Position numbers and translations under genes: made by a program. A stretch of 63,539 bases of DNA, filler included, from Stramenopiles sp. TOSAG23-3 (taxonomy: Eukaryota): the NCBI GenBank assembly GCA_900128585.1. It is 51 parts of 51 records of this genome, joined end to end, with 100 filler letters (N's around TTAATTAATTAA, not from the genome) between each part and the next. Parts side by side here need not be neighbours in the genome. Positions count along the whole stretch, not along the records: positions 41,287 to 42,430 come from LT646398.1; positions 42,531 to 43,674 come from LT646399.1; positions 43,775 to 44,918 come from LT646400.1; positions 45,019 to 46,162 come from LT646401.1; positions 46,263 to 47,406 come from LT646402.1; positions 47,507 to 48,649 come from LT646403.1; positions 48,750 to 49,892 come from LT646404.1; positions 49,993 to 51,135 come from LT646405.1; 43 more parts are not named here. One strand, 5' to 3'. Under the pieces are notes generated by a model. It did not search any database and had not been told where the DNA came from. It saw only the letters and a list, made by a program, of their open reading frames with translations. Positions 41,664 through 53,721 of the stretch are shown in pieces; position 1 is the first letter of the stretch, and the number at the start of each line of letters is the position of its first letter.

Positions 41664-42430
41664 ATGACGAACAGAATACCCTACACCATTTATGTCCACA
41701 TCGTCGAGGCCAGGGACCTCCAGACGACGTCGGGGCCTGGCGCCCTCGCCGACCCGTACGTTCTGGTGTCGTGCGCTGGCCGTGCGCAGCGGACAGAAAT
41801 TACCAGGAACCAGCTCAACATTTTCTGGGACAGGATATTCGTGTTTCCCGACGTCCGCTTATCGGCGGAGGAGTTCGAACGGGAGAACATTCACATTCAG
41901 ATTTTTAATGCAAACGTGATCTTCAGGAACGAACTCATCGGCCAGTACTCTTACGGTTTCAAGAAAGTGTGGAGTCAACCGGACCCTCACAAACACCAGA
42001 TACACAAGCGTTGGGTGGTTCTGATTAATCCGGACAGGCCGGAAATAGAGCAAGGGTACATGCTTGCGACGATCACCGTGCTCGGTCCCGGAGATCAGCC
42101 CCCGTCCATGAAAATAGAGGACGTCACAGACCCCGAAGTGATTCGACCCCCCACGTCCAGCATTCAGAACCGGCGGGGGTACAACCTGCTGTTTCGCATC
42201 TACCGCGGGGAAGACGCGTTGAAAGTTCAGCGCGACGGGGTCGACGGATTTATTTCGGTGAAATTCAACGGGTTGTCGATGAAGACGGAGCCGGACTATG
42301 GGACCACGAGCCCCGAGTGGAATACCCTTCTCACCTTTCCCGTTTACACCCCGTGCCTAACGGACAACATAGACGTGCAGCTGTGGGACTACGAGGGCCG
42401 GGGCCCGGACAAGTTGCTCGCCACATCGAC
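41664..42430 (+). CDS. Ferlin-family protein, N-terminal C2 domains
   Basis: VHIVEARDL, DPYVLVS, NELIG, RWVVLINP...GYMLATITVLGPGD.PP (FerI-like), IYRGED, PEWN..L.FP...P. Confidence 0.88.
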
Positions 42431-42530
42431 NNNNNNNNNNNNNNNNNNNNNNNNNNNNNNNNNNNNNNNNNNNNTTAATTAATTAANNNNNNNNNNNNNN
42501 NNNNNNNNNNNNNNNNNNNNNNNNNNNNNN

Positions 42531-43672
42531 TCAAGCTCATCGTTTGCTTCCTTCGCGTGCCATGGATCAAGAAGGTTCAAAATGGTGCTTATTTCATTAT
42601 ACAATGGATTTATTTTCCAGCGCTTACCAGTCTCATTTTCATCCCCTGACTCTATTCTCACCATTTCAAGTTGAGCCGGTTCCGCTGGACGATTTGTACC
42701 GGAGCTTTCGTTCTCACGTGTGATTTTGTTTTCCGCAGTGCTGATGCACATGCACACTCCTGACAACATAACCAGAGGAACAAGAGAGAAAAATATCATT
42801 AATAGTAATGTGGCACCATCAAGTCTTTTTGTATAAGGTACTTTGCTTTCGATGTCTGATAACAGAAATAGAGGGCAATCACTCAAACGCGTATAGGTTC
42901 CTTTCGCACAATTGTCAATTGTATCGCATTTTCCAGAAGAACAGGATACGCAAGCGCTTTGCAACGTCTGTCCTGGTTGCTTTGAGTATTTCCAAGCAGG
43001 GCAATGTATCTTTGAAGTGGCATTCGGACAGTACGATCCTTTCGAGCAAAGCGAACATTGTGACGTTCCTTTTTCCAAAGCAATGGTTCCGGTATCGCAG
43101 TCCGAGCAAGCGCTTGGCGCTGATTGCCCCTTTCGGTTCCCAAATGTTCCCGCTGGGCACGGACTCGCTTCACCCCTTGTCCCCATACAATAGTATCCCG
43201 AAGGACAGGTCGAGGAAGTATATGGGCACGCCAAGGCTTCATTTGTATGGACGTTCCACAAAGTTCCAAACTTCCCCTCCGTACATGATGTGCAATTAGA
43301 AAGAAGAAAAGAACCTGGTGGACAGAGCACCGTAAAAACCTCCTGCACTTCATTCAATCCATCCGAACCCGAAGGCCCGCTCCATTCCGGAAAGAAGACC
43401 GTCCCATCCACTCCCACAACCTTCAACTTCGCGCCGTACCAACTGTCGCCGAAGGTGGTATCCCGTCCTGTCACCGTGGCGTCACCTGCTTGTAGGCATG
43501 CATTCTTTGTCTCTCCTCCCTGGCCAGACACAGCTACTGTTCCTTGCTGTAAGATTTCCCACCTAACTTCTGAAGCATGGGAACCCGAGGTACATTCAAC
43601 AGTGACGGACACTTGGCCGTCCGGGCAGGCCCATGCAGCGGTGAAGGCAAAGGCAAAGGCAGCACTCCAGAG
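42531..43672 (-). CDS. Membrane protein with a signal peptide, Cys-rich repeats and a TM helix, partial
   Basis: AAFAFAFTAAWA|CP; CPxGxY repeats; TLLLMIFFSLVPLVMLSGVCMCI. Confidence 0.8.
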
Positions 43673-43774
43673 AANNNNNNNNNNNNNNNNNNNNNNNNNN
43701 NNNNNNNNNNNNNNNNNNTTAATTAATTAANNNNNNNNNNNNNNNNNNNNNNNNNNNNNNNNNNNNNNNNNNNN

Positions 43775-44861
43775 ATACAAAATATAGACCGTTCGCGCCC
43801 TGGTTAAAAATTTCATAAGACGTTGGCGTTGAAATGGACACGCTATTTGGCACAATTTTCCAAACCGCGGTCGGCATGGTCGCATTGAGTACCGAGAGGG
43901 ATACGCCGGTCTGCTCAACAGAATCAGACCCACCACTTCTTCTGCAACATAATTTGTATTCCCCTGCGTCTTTTATGTTTACGGCGATCTCTGTGTCCTG
44001 GACGGGTGGGGGGAGGACGGATGGCGCATCCCTCGAGCAATTGGTCCCAAACACGATCATATCGCCTGGGTCGGTCGTCCCTTTCAACTTAATGGTCGAG
44101 TTCGTCCCTACGGTGATGGATACAGGCGATAAAGTGTACTTGTCGGCCCGGGTTGCCGCAAGAACGCTAACAACCAGTTCTCCAGAAACCGACAGGCAGC
44201 CCATCTCGCACTGGGTTCCAACGCAGGACGCATTTACTTTTGAACAACTGCTAAATACGCATATTCTATGAACCCCTTCTTTCCCGGCAAGAAACGTGTA
44301 TACCGGGTTTTCATTGTCGACTATTGCAGCTACGGCTGCTTCAGGGAGGTCCGAAGGACACCCGTCTGAGGCTAAGTGAACGTAACTATTGGTTGGAGTG
44401 ATACCGCTCAGTGCGACTTGGGTGGGGGTACCGAGGGTAAATGTCGTCGGCACGGCTGCACCATACCACTTTGCGTGGACAACGTTGTGCTTAACAGTGA
44501 AGTCAAAGACACCACCCCCCGATGAAACATTTGAACTTTTGTTCCAAAAACACAGGTTGAACTTCCCCGCCCGCGTTATCATCGTGCTAAAAGAATATTC
44601 CAGCGTGACATTGTCCTGCCCCAGCGTCGGCGTGACTGAAATTCCTGGTGTTGTAAAATTACTTTTGCAGGATGTGTTGAGGGACCAGAGGCCGCTCAGA
44701 TTATGTATACTAGAAAACGAAAATGTCCGGGCTTCCAAGAAGCTTACGGTTGCCTCAGATGGATCGATATTTGTGACATCAAGCTGCAAACTAGACCCCA
44801 CAGCACAACCAAGGGCGCAAAGGGTGGCAAAGACCACGACAACTAGTGGGTCCACCCTCAT
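43775..44861 (-). CDS. Secreted or surface protein with repeated Ig-like beta domains, 3'-partial
   Basis: Signal peptide; repeated G.[FY].LC motifs; SFLE near the N-terminus. Confidence 0.75.
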
Positions 44862-45018
44862 TCGCCGTTTTTACTCTGTTGCCACTACTAGTCTACAGTC
44901 GCGATCAAAACAAAAAAANNNNNNNNNNNNNNNNNNNNNNNNNNNNNNNNNNNNNNNNNNNNTTAATTAATTAANNNNNNNNNNNNNNNNNNNNNNNNNN
45001 NNNNNNNNNNNNNNNNNN

Positions 45019-45134
45019 GGGGGGGACGACGGAAGCCCTTTCGGCGCCGCCGGCGATTTCGAGGACAGCGCCACCCGCTTGGACGCGACCGCGTCCTGGG
45101 TTTTCTTCTTGAACGCTTTCAAATTTTTAATCAT
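45019..45134 (-). CDS. N-terminus of an unknown protein
   Basis: MIKNLKAFKKKTQDAVASKRVALSSKSPAAPKGLPSSP running off the contig. Confidence 0.45.
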
Positions 45135-45379
45135 TGCGGGGGTAGAAAACCTACGGCCGGTTCGTGCCGTACGTGCGTGAGTTCGCCCCTCCCCGTCGTT
45201 CTCTTTCTCGGTCTGTATGTATGTGCGTATGCGCCTACGTGCCGATTGCTCTCCTCGGGCTCGTTGGAGTGTCCCACCCTTCGAGCGTTAAACAAGCAAA
45301 GAAGTAGCAGTGTATGGATGGTTGATTCTAAATAATACCATTTTCATTTTCATATCGTCTTCATATTTTTACTTCTGAT

Positions 45380-46091
45380 TTCTTTCTTTCGTGTGTTCTT
45401 TCTTTCTTTCGTTATTTTTTTACTTATTATTATTATTTATCACTACTACATATTCTTCTTCTTTCTTCTTCTTCTGATGACATCTCTTCTTCTTTCTTTT
45501 TCTTTCTTTCTTTTTCTTTCTTTCTTTTTCTTTCTTCTTCTTTCTTTTTCTTTCTTTTTCTTTCTTCTTCTTCTGATATCTCTTCTTCTTTCTTCTTCTT
45601 TCTTCTTCTTTCTTCTATCTCAATCTACCCATCCCCACCACAGCAGAAGCCCAGCAGGGTAATATAATATTATAATATACTAGATATAAGGAAGGTACGA
45701 AACTAGATCTATTCCTCTAGAAAGAAAGAAGATTATAATTATAATAAACATAAAAGAAGAAAGAGAAAGAAGAATAAAAGAAGAATAAAAAAAGGAAAAT
45801 AAGAATAAAAGAATAAATAAAAAAATAAATGAGAGAGAGAGAAGAGAGAAGAGAGAAGAAGAGAAGAGAGAAGAAGAGAAGAGAACAGAAGAGAAGAGAA
45901 GAGAAAAGAGAAAGCGAATGGACTAAGATATAATTTAAATTATACTACCAAATAGTCTAATTAAGTGTGGATATTCTTTTGACTTCTTTATTTAAATCAA
46001 CTAATGTATTATAACCTATAATATAACTATACGAGTACAATTAGCAAATATTCACCACCCATAAATAATAAATAATAATATTCATTCTTCT

Positions 46092-46162
<71 letters not shown>
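45380..46162. repeat. Alternating polypyrimidine and polypurine tracts ending in a (TTTC)n microsatellite
   Basis: Direct observation. Confidence 0.85.
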
Positions 46163-47303
46163 NNNNNNNNNNNNNNNNNNNNNNNNNNNNNNNNNNNNNN
46201 NNNNNNTTAATTAATTAANNNNNNNNNNNNNNNNNNNNNNNNNNNNNNNNNNNNNNNNNNNNCTAACATGAGATACGAATAAAATTTAATAAATTACGAC
46301 GAAGAAAAGAGAAGATGAAGAAAGAAGAAGAAGGAAAAACCCCTCCCCTTCCTCGTTCGTTCGTTCTTCTCTCTCGCTGTTGTGCCGCTGCTATTTTCGT
46401 AATAGTTAAGTAACAATAAAAATAGGAACAACAACAACGTCTCTTCTTTAATTAAGGGATTAAATAATTATATAATTTTTGTACCCTTCTAACATTCCAT
46501 ACGGATTATATATTTATATTGTAATACATTATAGTAGTTCAATACATATTATTTTTATTCTTCCTATTTTTTCATAATGATCAAAACAAAATATCCTTAT
46601 TCCTTAAACATATTATTTTGTGATTTTCAACTTCAACTGTATAATATAACCCTAATTCTAACCCCGGTGTTTTTTTAGCTAATAAAACCTTTCGATTTAT
46701 TTTCGATATAAATAAATAAAATTTAAATAGAAAGAAGCCTGTTTATTAAATAATTGAAAAAAAACAAATATTCGTAGAGATGATGTCCAAAATTTGAAAA
46801 CAAAACAATCCTATTTCTATGTATTTAATATGAATACATAATTCGATATTTAATAATAAAAAAATCCTTTCTTCTTTATTTTGATGCTTTTCTTTCTTCT
46901 TCGTTCTCTTATTTTTTTCTTCTGGTTGAAGTTTGATGCGATGACGAAAAGTGTAGAAGATAGAGGAATGTATACAGGTAGTAGTATGTATATTAAATTT
47001 AGAAGATCAAAAAATAATAATAATAATAATATAATAATAGTAGTCGTCTTCTTTCTTCTTCTTCTATTTTTTTAATAAAAACAAAAACAACTCAACTATA
47101 TTAGATATATAAAACGATATCAATAGACGACTCATGTATATACTACACGTGATTTTTTTAAATCCATATCAATGAATGTAAAATGATAACATGCGTGCAT
47201 CGTTTAATGATTCATAATAGGCAACGATAAGTTTGTTTTTCTTCCTCTTTTTTCTTACTTAAGAAGGCAACGGACGGGACGTTACAAGTACAGTGTGTAG
47301 ACC

Positions 47304-47406
47304 ATGTTGAGGGGGAACAAAGTCGTTGGGGTTGTGCGTGAGGCGTACAATAAGTGGGAGAGGCGGGCACCCCTGTGCCCCGTCCACGTTCAGCGTTTGG
47401 CCAGGG
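47304..47406 (+). CDS. AASS: Alpha-aminoadipic semialdehyde synthase (LKR/SDH), N-terminus (not in the ORF track)
   Basis: MLRGNKVVGVVREAYNKWERRAPLCPVHVQRL. Confidence 0.85.
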
Positions 47407-47632
47407 NNNNNNNNNNNNNNNNNNNNNNNNNNNNNNNNNNNNNNNNNNNNTTAATTAATTAANNNNNNNNNNNNNNNNNNNNNNNNNNNNNNNNNNNNNN
47501 NNNNNNTTACATATTATTATAAGATTTTATGGAAACTCACAAATTTGCGAGTTGTTGGAAATTCGTAATCGTTTGGAAATTTAAAAGATCTGGTGTTACG
47601 TGTGAATTTTTCGAACGCTGCGCTTACTGATC

Positions 47633-48334
47633 ATGGCGTCGGTAATGCTTCTTTCCGAGGAAGACGTGTGGGCGTGTGGCGTTTGTGGATACACGAACAT
47701 GTGCTTTCCTGATACGTGCGCCCAGTGCCTTTGTCCTAGAAACGTTGACATGAACTGTTTGGCTTTATTTGCGTCCGCAAATGAGCACTATTCTGTAGCA
47801 TATAAAAAAATGGAGCTGACACCCCGTGAATTGGAAGCAATAGCTTTAGGTGCGAAAGAGAAAAGGCGCAGACGGGGGAGGGGCGTCGAGATGGCAAACC
47901 TTCACTTAGGTCTAGCCCCTAGTGTCGACATGCTTGCTTCATTCGGCGAAGAAGTAGACCCGAAGCTACTTCGACGCAGGGAGAGGATAAGAAATTATAA
48001 AGCTACCTGGACCCCACCAACGAAAAAATTCAATGCCCTCGGGCACGAAATTAAGCGTGAAATGCTTAGGAAAGGAGACGTCGTAAGCCTCACCCGTCGC
48101 GAAGAAGTACTCACGTGCACAATTAATGATGATTTTACCGTCCAAAGGGCGGCAGGGTGGGTTCAAGTTAGCCACGAGCCCGGTGTTAATGAGAACGGAA
48201 AGCGGGAGAAATCACGACTTTTCTGTACTCGTGTAACGGATATATTTGCAACCCCGTCCTGGTGTGAACGAAACGCACACTTGGGTAAGAAAAACGAAGC
48301 ATCTTCGAGCAACGGGGATGAAAAGAAACCGTAG
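47633..48334 (+). CDS. RanBP2-type zinc finger protein with a possible RAMA-like C-terminal domain
   Basis: WACGVCGYTNMCFPDTCAQC; MLRKGDVVSL...TCTINDDFTV...FATPSW. Confidence 0.65.
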   Translation: MASVMLLSEEDVWACGVCGYTNMCFPDTCAQCLCPRNVDMNCLALFASANEHYSVAYKKMELTPRELEAIALGAKEKRRRRGRGVEMANLHLGLAPSVDMLASFGEEVDPKLLRRRERIRNYKATWTPPTKKFNALGHEIKREMLRKGDVVSLTRREEVLTCTINDDFTVQRAAGWVQVSHEPGVNENGKREKSRLFCTRVTDIFATPSWCERNAHLGKKNEASSSNGDEKKP

Positions 48335-48519
48335 AGGGAGTGTTTGTTAGTGCCACCGGCTCGCCGTGATTTTTATAATAAAAAAAAATATTGTTTTGGT
48401 GGGCGCATGCGTCTGATTTTCGTGTTGGAAAACGTTAGTGTGTAGAACATTGATAAAATAGTTTAACTCCAAGAACTCTTACGGGTAATAAATATGTCTG
48501 ATCCCCCCGAAACTAATCG

Positions 48520-48648
48520 TCAACCAAATAATTGCCGTAATTCTCGCTGCCCAACTCCTGGGCACAAATCTTGGTGACTCTCCTTAAGGAAGTCCAGGGG
48601 AAACACGACAACGAGGCCGCGGATGCCCGATAATAAATCGTCGTTTTC
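48520..48648 (-). CDS. Probable phospholipase D (PLD1/2 type), extreme C-terminus
   Basis: LSGIRGLVVVFPLDFLKESHQDLCPGVGQRE resembles the PLD tail I[RK]G.LV.FP..FL..E. Confidence 0.55.
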   Translation of the reverse strand, partial: ENDDLLSGIRGLVVVFPLDFLKESHQDLCPGVGQRELRQLFG

Positions 48649-48751
48649 CNNNNNNNNNNNNNNNNNNNNNNNNNNNNNNNNNNNNNNNNNNNNTTAATTA
48701 ATTAANNNNNNNNNNNNNNNNNNNNNNNNNNNNNNNNNNNNNNNNNNNNCG

Positions 48752-49651
48752 AAGGGCGCGGTGGCCCTTGCGAAGGACCTGGCGGCCGCGACGGCCCTGG
48801 TGGAAAACCAGAGGGGGGACATCAAGCGGCTGGACCGCCTCGTCGCCCTGCTCGAGTCTGCGACGGACAAGGAGGAGGAAACGAAGCAGCTGTATGCGGA
48901 ACTGGCCGAGGTGGAGGAGGCGTTCGGCGCCCAAGAGGCCGAGAGCGCGGCCCTCGCTAAGCAGCTGGCGGGCAAGGAAGAGCGGAACCGGAAGCTCGCG
49001 AGCGAGAAGCGAAAGGTGGAGCAGCAGGTGAACTTGGAGAAGCAGAAGACGGATCTCAGCATGCACCAAGTTACCCAGCTGAAGAAGCGTGCCAGCAACT
49101 GCGACGCCCGGATCGCCCAGCTGGACCGGGACCTGAAAGGGTATGAAAGCCGGAACAGGGAGCTGGAGAAGCGGAACGATGCGCTGGAGAAGGTGGAGGC
49201 TGCGTGGGCGAGGGAGAAGGCCGCGGCGGGCGGGGAGAAGGCCGCGGTCGGTGCGGGGGGGGGCGGGGCGCGCGTCCAGGGCCTGCTGAAGGAATTAGAA
49301 GATAAGACAAAAGAGATTTCGAAGAAGAAGGGCCAGCAGAAGCGGCTGGAGGAGCAGGTTGGGAAGCTGGAGCGGAAGAACTCGAAGCTCAAGTCCCAGA
49401 ACAGCTCGCTCACGAAAGGCCGGGGCCCGTCAGGGGAAATGTTCGCCCGGATCAGCGCGGCGATGCACTGCTCCCTGAACCAAGACTTGTGGAAGGACTG
49501 CCTTATCAAGACCTGCGGGCACGCCTTCGCCCGGGCGTCGCTGGAGGCCCAGCTGGCCAAACGCAACCGGAACTGCCCGAAATGTGGCCTAAAGTACGAC
49601 AAGTTGGACTTGGTCGCGTTTAATTTGAAAGAGGAGCTTGAAATGGAATAG
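48752..49651 (+). CDS. BRE1-like E3 ligase C-terminus (coiled coil plus degenerate RING)
   Basis: CSLNQDLWKDCLIKTCGHAFARASLEAQLAKRNRNCPKCGLKYDKLD. Confidence 0.7.
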   Translation, partial: KGAVALAKDLAAATALVENQRGDIKRLDRLVALLESATDKEEETKQLYAELAEVEEAFGAQEAESAALAKQLAGKEERNRKLASEKRKVEQQVNLEKQKTDLSMHQVTQLKKRASNCDARIAQLDRDLKGYESRNRELEKRNDALEKVEAAWAREKAAAGGEKAAVGAGGGGARVQGLLKELEDKTKEISKKKGQQKRLEEQVGKLERKNSKLKSQNSSLTKGRGPSGEMFARISAAMHCSLNQDLWKDCLIKTCGHAFARASLEAQLAKRNRNCPKCGLKYDKLDLVAFNLKEELEME

Positions 49652-49992
49652 GGGGTTAAAATTAAAAATCGGAATAAGTTCTAACTCTTATTCTTTTAGA
49701 CTTATACGACATGGCGAGAAAGATTCCCTGTATGTTATGTATCTTTTAACCCCAGAGACGCTGATAACCTACCCCCCCCAACAACAAAAGAGTCGTACGG
49801 ATCCAGGCAATCACAACACAACTCCAGCAGCTATTCGAATTCAGGCAATAAAGGGACGAACGATGCTCCAAGTGACTCTGACGAGTTCAGTGNNNNNNNN
49901 NNNNNNNNNNNNNNNNNNNNNNNNNNNNNNNNNNNNTTAATTAATTAANNNNNNNNNNNNNNNNNNNNNNNNNNNNNNNNNNNNNNNNNNNN

Positions 49993-51133
49993 TTTCAACA
50001 ATCGTTTTCCGCAACTCCTGCACCCTAGTCTCTTCGATCTTTACGCTCTTCATGATTGGCCGAGTGCTCCAGAACAGTTTGTCCATAAGGGTTCGTTCGA
50101 TTTGTTCGATATCGCTGACGACGTCGAACGTGTTGTCGAAGCACGCGATCAACGAGCCCGTGCACTGTTCGGGGCTATCGTCGTACACGAACGCGTATCC
50201 AAGATCTGGCTTCACAGGTTCGACTTCGCATGGCGGGGGGTCTTTGGCATCTTGGTGCTCCTGTTCCCACGCTTTGATTGCGGCAAGCGCTTCGTTGACT
50301 TCGGCCTCGTTCAGAACAATCTGCTCGGCCGTCTTTTCCACCGCTATTTTAAGCATGGGGCTCGGGAACTTCAGTTTAGACCGTGCCCGGGCTTCCTCCG
50401 TCAGGTTCGCGCCCGGGGGCAAGACTTTGAACGCGCATGCAGTGGGCTCGTCGCCGAACTCCACCCGGCCGATGTCGGCATCCTCCATCCGTTTCGCAAA
50501 ATTCTCCAAAGACGCCATCTGCATGTCTCTCAGCGTGTCTTCCATGGTGGAGTTGATGCGGCGCAAGAGTTTTCGCAGTTTACTGAACCGGTACATGTCC
50601 TCCTTCGTCATGTTCACGTCGAAGTGCCCCTTTCCGACCCCTGCAAGTCCATTTTTTATTGCGTTGACTATGGCGCCGGGCCAGTCGTCGCAAATCTGCT
50701 TCTTGGCAGTGGTCAAAACTCGCTTTTGAAGGACGGTGTACTCCTCCTTCGTGAGGGTGCGGGCGTTCGTAACATTGAGCAAGCGGAGGCCCAGCATTGA
50801 ATTGCACTGGGCCTGTGCGCGTTCCAACACGTAGCAGACCTCTGGCTGGACCAGGAAGGAGTTGAACACGAACAGCTTGAAGCGCTTCTCCAGCTCGTAC
50901 TTTTCGACGGCGACGACGCCTCTCTGGGGTGGGGGCGCGGAGTCTTTCACGACTTCCTTCATGTGGAGGCTCTCGTAGAGCTTCCTGTTGGCCCGGGTGC
51001 TGAGGTTGCAATCGAATATTATCTTGTTCATCGTCCGCGCGTAGTCGACGTTGATCTCGTTCAGCAGAGTGGACGTGTCGAACTCGTTCCGCTGCATCTC
51101 TTTTGTGGACATGGCCCGGGCAAGGACGCGCGC
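49993..51133 (-). CDS. Axonemal inner-arm dynein heavy chain (DNAH1-like), tail fragment
   Basis: LLNEINVDYARTMNKIIFD; Y.FSKLRKLL; IE..LMDKLFWS. Confidence 0.75.
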
Positions 51134-52205
51134 GANNNNNNNNNNNNNNNNNNNNNNNNNNNNNNNNNNNNNNNNNNNNTTAATTAATTAANNNNNNNNN
51201 NNNNNNNNNNNNNNNNNNNNNNNNNNNNNNNNNNNATAGAACGAGATAATTATTTATATGGGTTACATTAGAATTTCAAATAATTAATAATAATTTTCAA
51301 ATTTTTTTATTATTATTTTTATTACCAAGTAAGTGTAGTAGTAGTCCCTATTATTTATATATTATTATTAATAATAAAATATTGTACGACGACGAAAAGA
51401 AGAAGAATGATGATGTATTTCCGTTTTATTTTTTTACTTTTTTTTTAAAATTATTTTTTTATTTCTTCTTCTTCGTTCTGATGCGTTTGTTCTGAGATGG
51501 TGTTGTTCTTTATTGACATTATTTATTTAAATATTTATTAATGAGTCTTCATCTTTTTTGTTTCTTCTTTTTTTTTATTTTGAAAATAATATAATTTATT
51601 ATTACCCTTGGTATAATATTATACTGTAAAAGAAAATATTATTTCAGAATAATTTTATTATTTTTTTATGTTATCAAAAAAAAGTAAAATATTTAATGAA
51701 TTTTATAATTCATTTTAAATAATAAATTACTGCTATTACTATGTAGATATCGATAATATGTGGGGATTGAGTGAAGAATTACTACTACCTTACTACCTCA
51801 TCGTAGAGGCAAGAAGAAGGCTGCCACCACACCTTCTTCTTTCTCTCCTCCTCCTCTGCTTACTTTCTTCAACAATAAAAAGAATAGAATCAAAGTAGAA
51901 TCAAAGAATAGAATGGAATAAAAACATACTCTACCACATAGGTAGGAGGTACTACTACTAATGTTTTTATTAAAAAATAATATAAAAAATATAATAAATA
52001 TTGAACATACTACCCATAAAAAAATTGAATGCAATGATACGGTAGACGCGTGCGTTCATTCATATTTGTAATGCATTAAAATTGTGCTAAACATCACCTA
52101 ATGGTTTGCGTGAAACATGTTTATTGGAAAAATACCCACAGGATTCTAACATATGGTTAAAATATAAGGTTTTGGGTCAACGCATCGGCAAGGAATATAC
52201 TCAAA

Positions 52206-52377
52206 ATGTCCAAAGAGAAAAAGCAGCAACGCATAATTTCATTGAATAAACGGAATGCATCTCCGTTGCGTGATGCTGCAGAAGACGGTCATTTGGTGCG
52301 GGTACAAAAATTAGTTCGCGACGGTGCTGTAGTAAATGACACTTCATTACACTGGAATGGAGAGCACGCGTTATTTG
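52206..52377 (+). CDS. Ankyrin-repeat protein, N-terminus
   Basis: SPLRDAAEDGHLVRVQKLVRDGAVVN. Confidence 0.75.
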
Positions 52378-52477
52378 NNNNNNNNNNNNNNNNNNNNNNN
52401 NNNNNNNNNNNNNNNNNNNNNTTAATTAATTAANNNNNNNNNNNNNNNNNNNNNNNNNNNNNNNNNNNNNNNNNNNN

Positions 52478-53323
52478 CAAGGCGCTGTAGGACTAAGTGC
52501 ATACTTCAACAACCGTACTCAAGACGATTTTCTTGGGAACGGTGGGAGAAAAATAATTTCCCCCCCAACCCCGGAACATAAAACAGAAAAGTACGCACGG
52601 GACACCAAGGCAAAGGAACGAAAACTGGTGGAAAAGGCCAAGGCAAGGCGCCCAGTCGGCATAACGACGGCATTAAATAAAAAGCAATTTATCGGTGACC
52701 TCCCCCAAGGACGGAAGTACCTTGAAAAGCCTGAGCCAACACCGCCAAGACCGTCTATGGTAGCGTTTCCAATCGAAACGGGGAGCTACGTACGGTGGAA
52801 AAATTTGAACCCTCGAAACCTTCCGGACAACCGGAAACCTCAAGGGCCAAAAATCGTAAAAGGAAAGCATGTCACAAATGTAAGTAGCACCGGGATGGGA
52901 AGACTGCCGGCAGGATTTGACCCGGCGTGGAAGAAAGGGAAGAAATTTAGGAAATTGCGGTTTCAGAGTGGAAGGGGGCCCACAGAAACAATCATAGGGA
53001 GGTTAATAGACTACTCCCCAAGGCCAAACCTGTGGGGGGGCGGACGGTTCAAAGACAAACTTATGGACACACAATTTTTCTCAAAGAACCATTTTTTAGA
53101 CCAGCAAAAACGTCAAGCACGTGTGAGCAAAGTGGATAGCCATAGGAGGCCAAACGTGCCAGAAAATTTAAGCCGGAAGCACACGGTTTACAATAGTTCC
53201 CGAAAGCCGGCAAGGTACGTAAAACCCAAGCAAGGGGATGCCAGACCCCACAAAAAACATTTTATCAGGAAAAAACGATTGGCAGGGAACGTTATGGCAG
53301 CGCAGGGAAACATTTACGTGTAA
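52478..53323 (+). CDS. Hypothetical basic protein, C-terminal part
   Basis: Open from the contig edge to the stop. Confidence 0.65.
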   Translation, partial: QGAVGLSAYFNNRTQDDFLGNGGRKIISPPTPEHKTEKYARDTKAKERKLVEKAKARRPVGITTALNKKQFIGDLPQGRKYLEKPEPTPPRPSMVAFPIETGSYVRWKNLNPRNLPDNRKPQGPKIVKGKHVTNVSSTGMGRLPAGFDPAWKKGKKFRKLRFQSGRGPTETIIGRLIDYSPRPNLWGGGRFKDKLMDTQFFSKNHFLDQQKRQARVSKVDSHRRPNVPENLSRKHTVYNSSRKPARYVKPKQGDARPHKKHFIRKKRLAGNVMAAQGNIYV

Positions 53324-53457
53324 AAACGGAAAGAATGTAAATTGGTCGGATGATGCGACCTGTAAACAAGGAATGGTGCATCGGGAGAAATTTCAGGGTA
53401 CAAGACAATTATCGTGACACATATATGTATTATTAAACTAAGAGTAAAACAAAAAAC

Positions 53458-53619
53458 GAGAGTCTTGAAGCATACTAATATAATTTGTTTTTCATAGAAA
53501 AATTTGGCTGTTATTTTTTATAGTAATTAAAATTAAAGAAAAAAAAAGAAGGTGTCAGTTCAAGAACAATGTCTCCTCCTATTACGGATCCTCCCCAAGT
53601 TCTGGTCGAGATTCCAATT
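53458..53619 (+). repeat. Dispersed repeat copy: module A (GAGAGTCTT..CATACTA..TATAATTTGTTTT), degenerate 24-mer, and a ~120-bp segment shared with 57465-57592
   Basis: Near-identical gaaggtgtcagttc.agaacaat.tctcctcctatt.c.gatcctccccaagttctggtc.agattccaatt in two contigs. Confidence 0.9.
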
Positions 53620-53721
53620 NNNNNNNNNNNNNNNNNNNNNNNNNNNNNNNNNNNNNNNNNNNNTTAATTAATTAANNNNNNNNNNNNNNNNNNNNNNNNN
53701 NNNNNNNNNNNNNNNNNNNGC

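Noticed and set aside
52015-52032. AAAATTGA giant-virus early promoter motif (also about 21097)
   Set aside because: Expected by chance in very AT-rich intergenic DNA; neighbouring genes look like host genes
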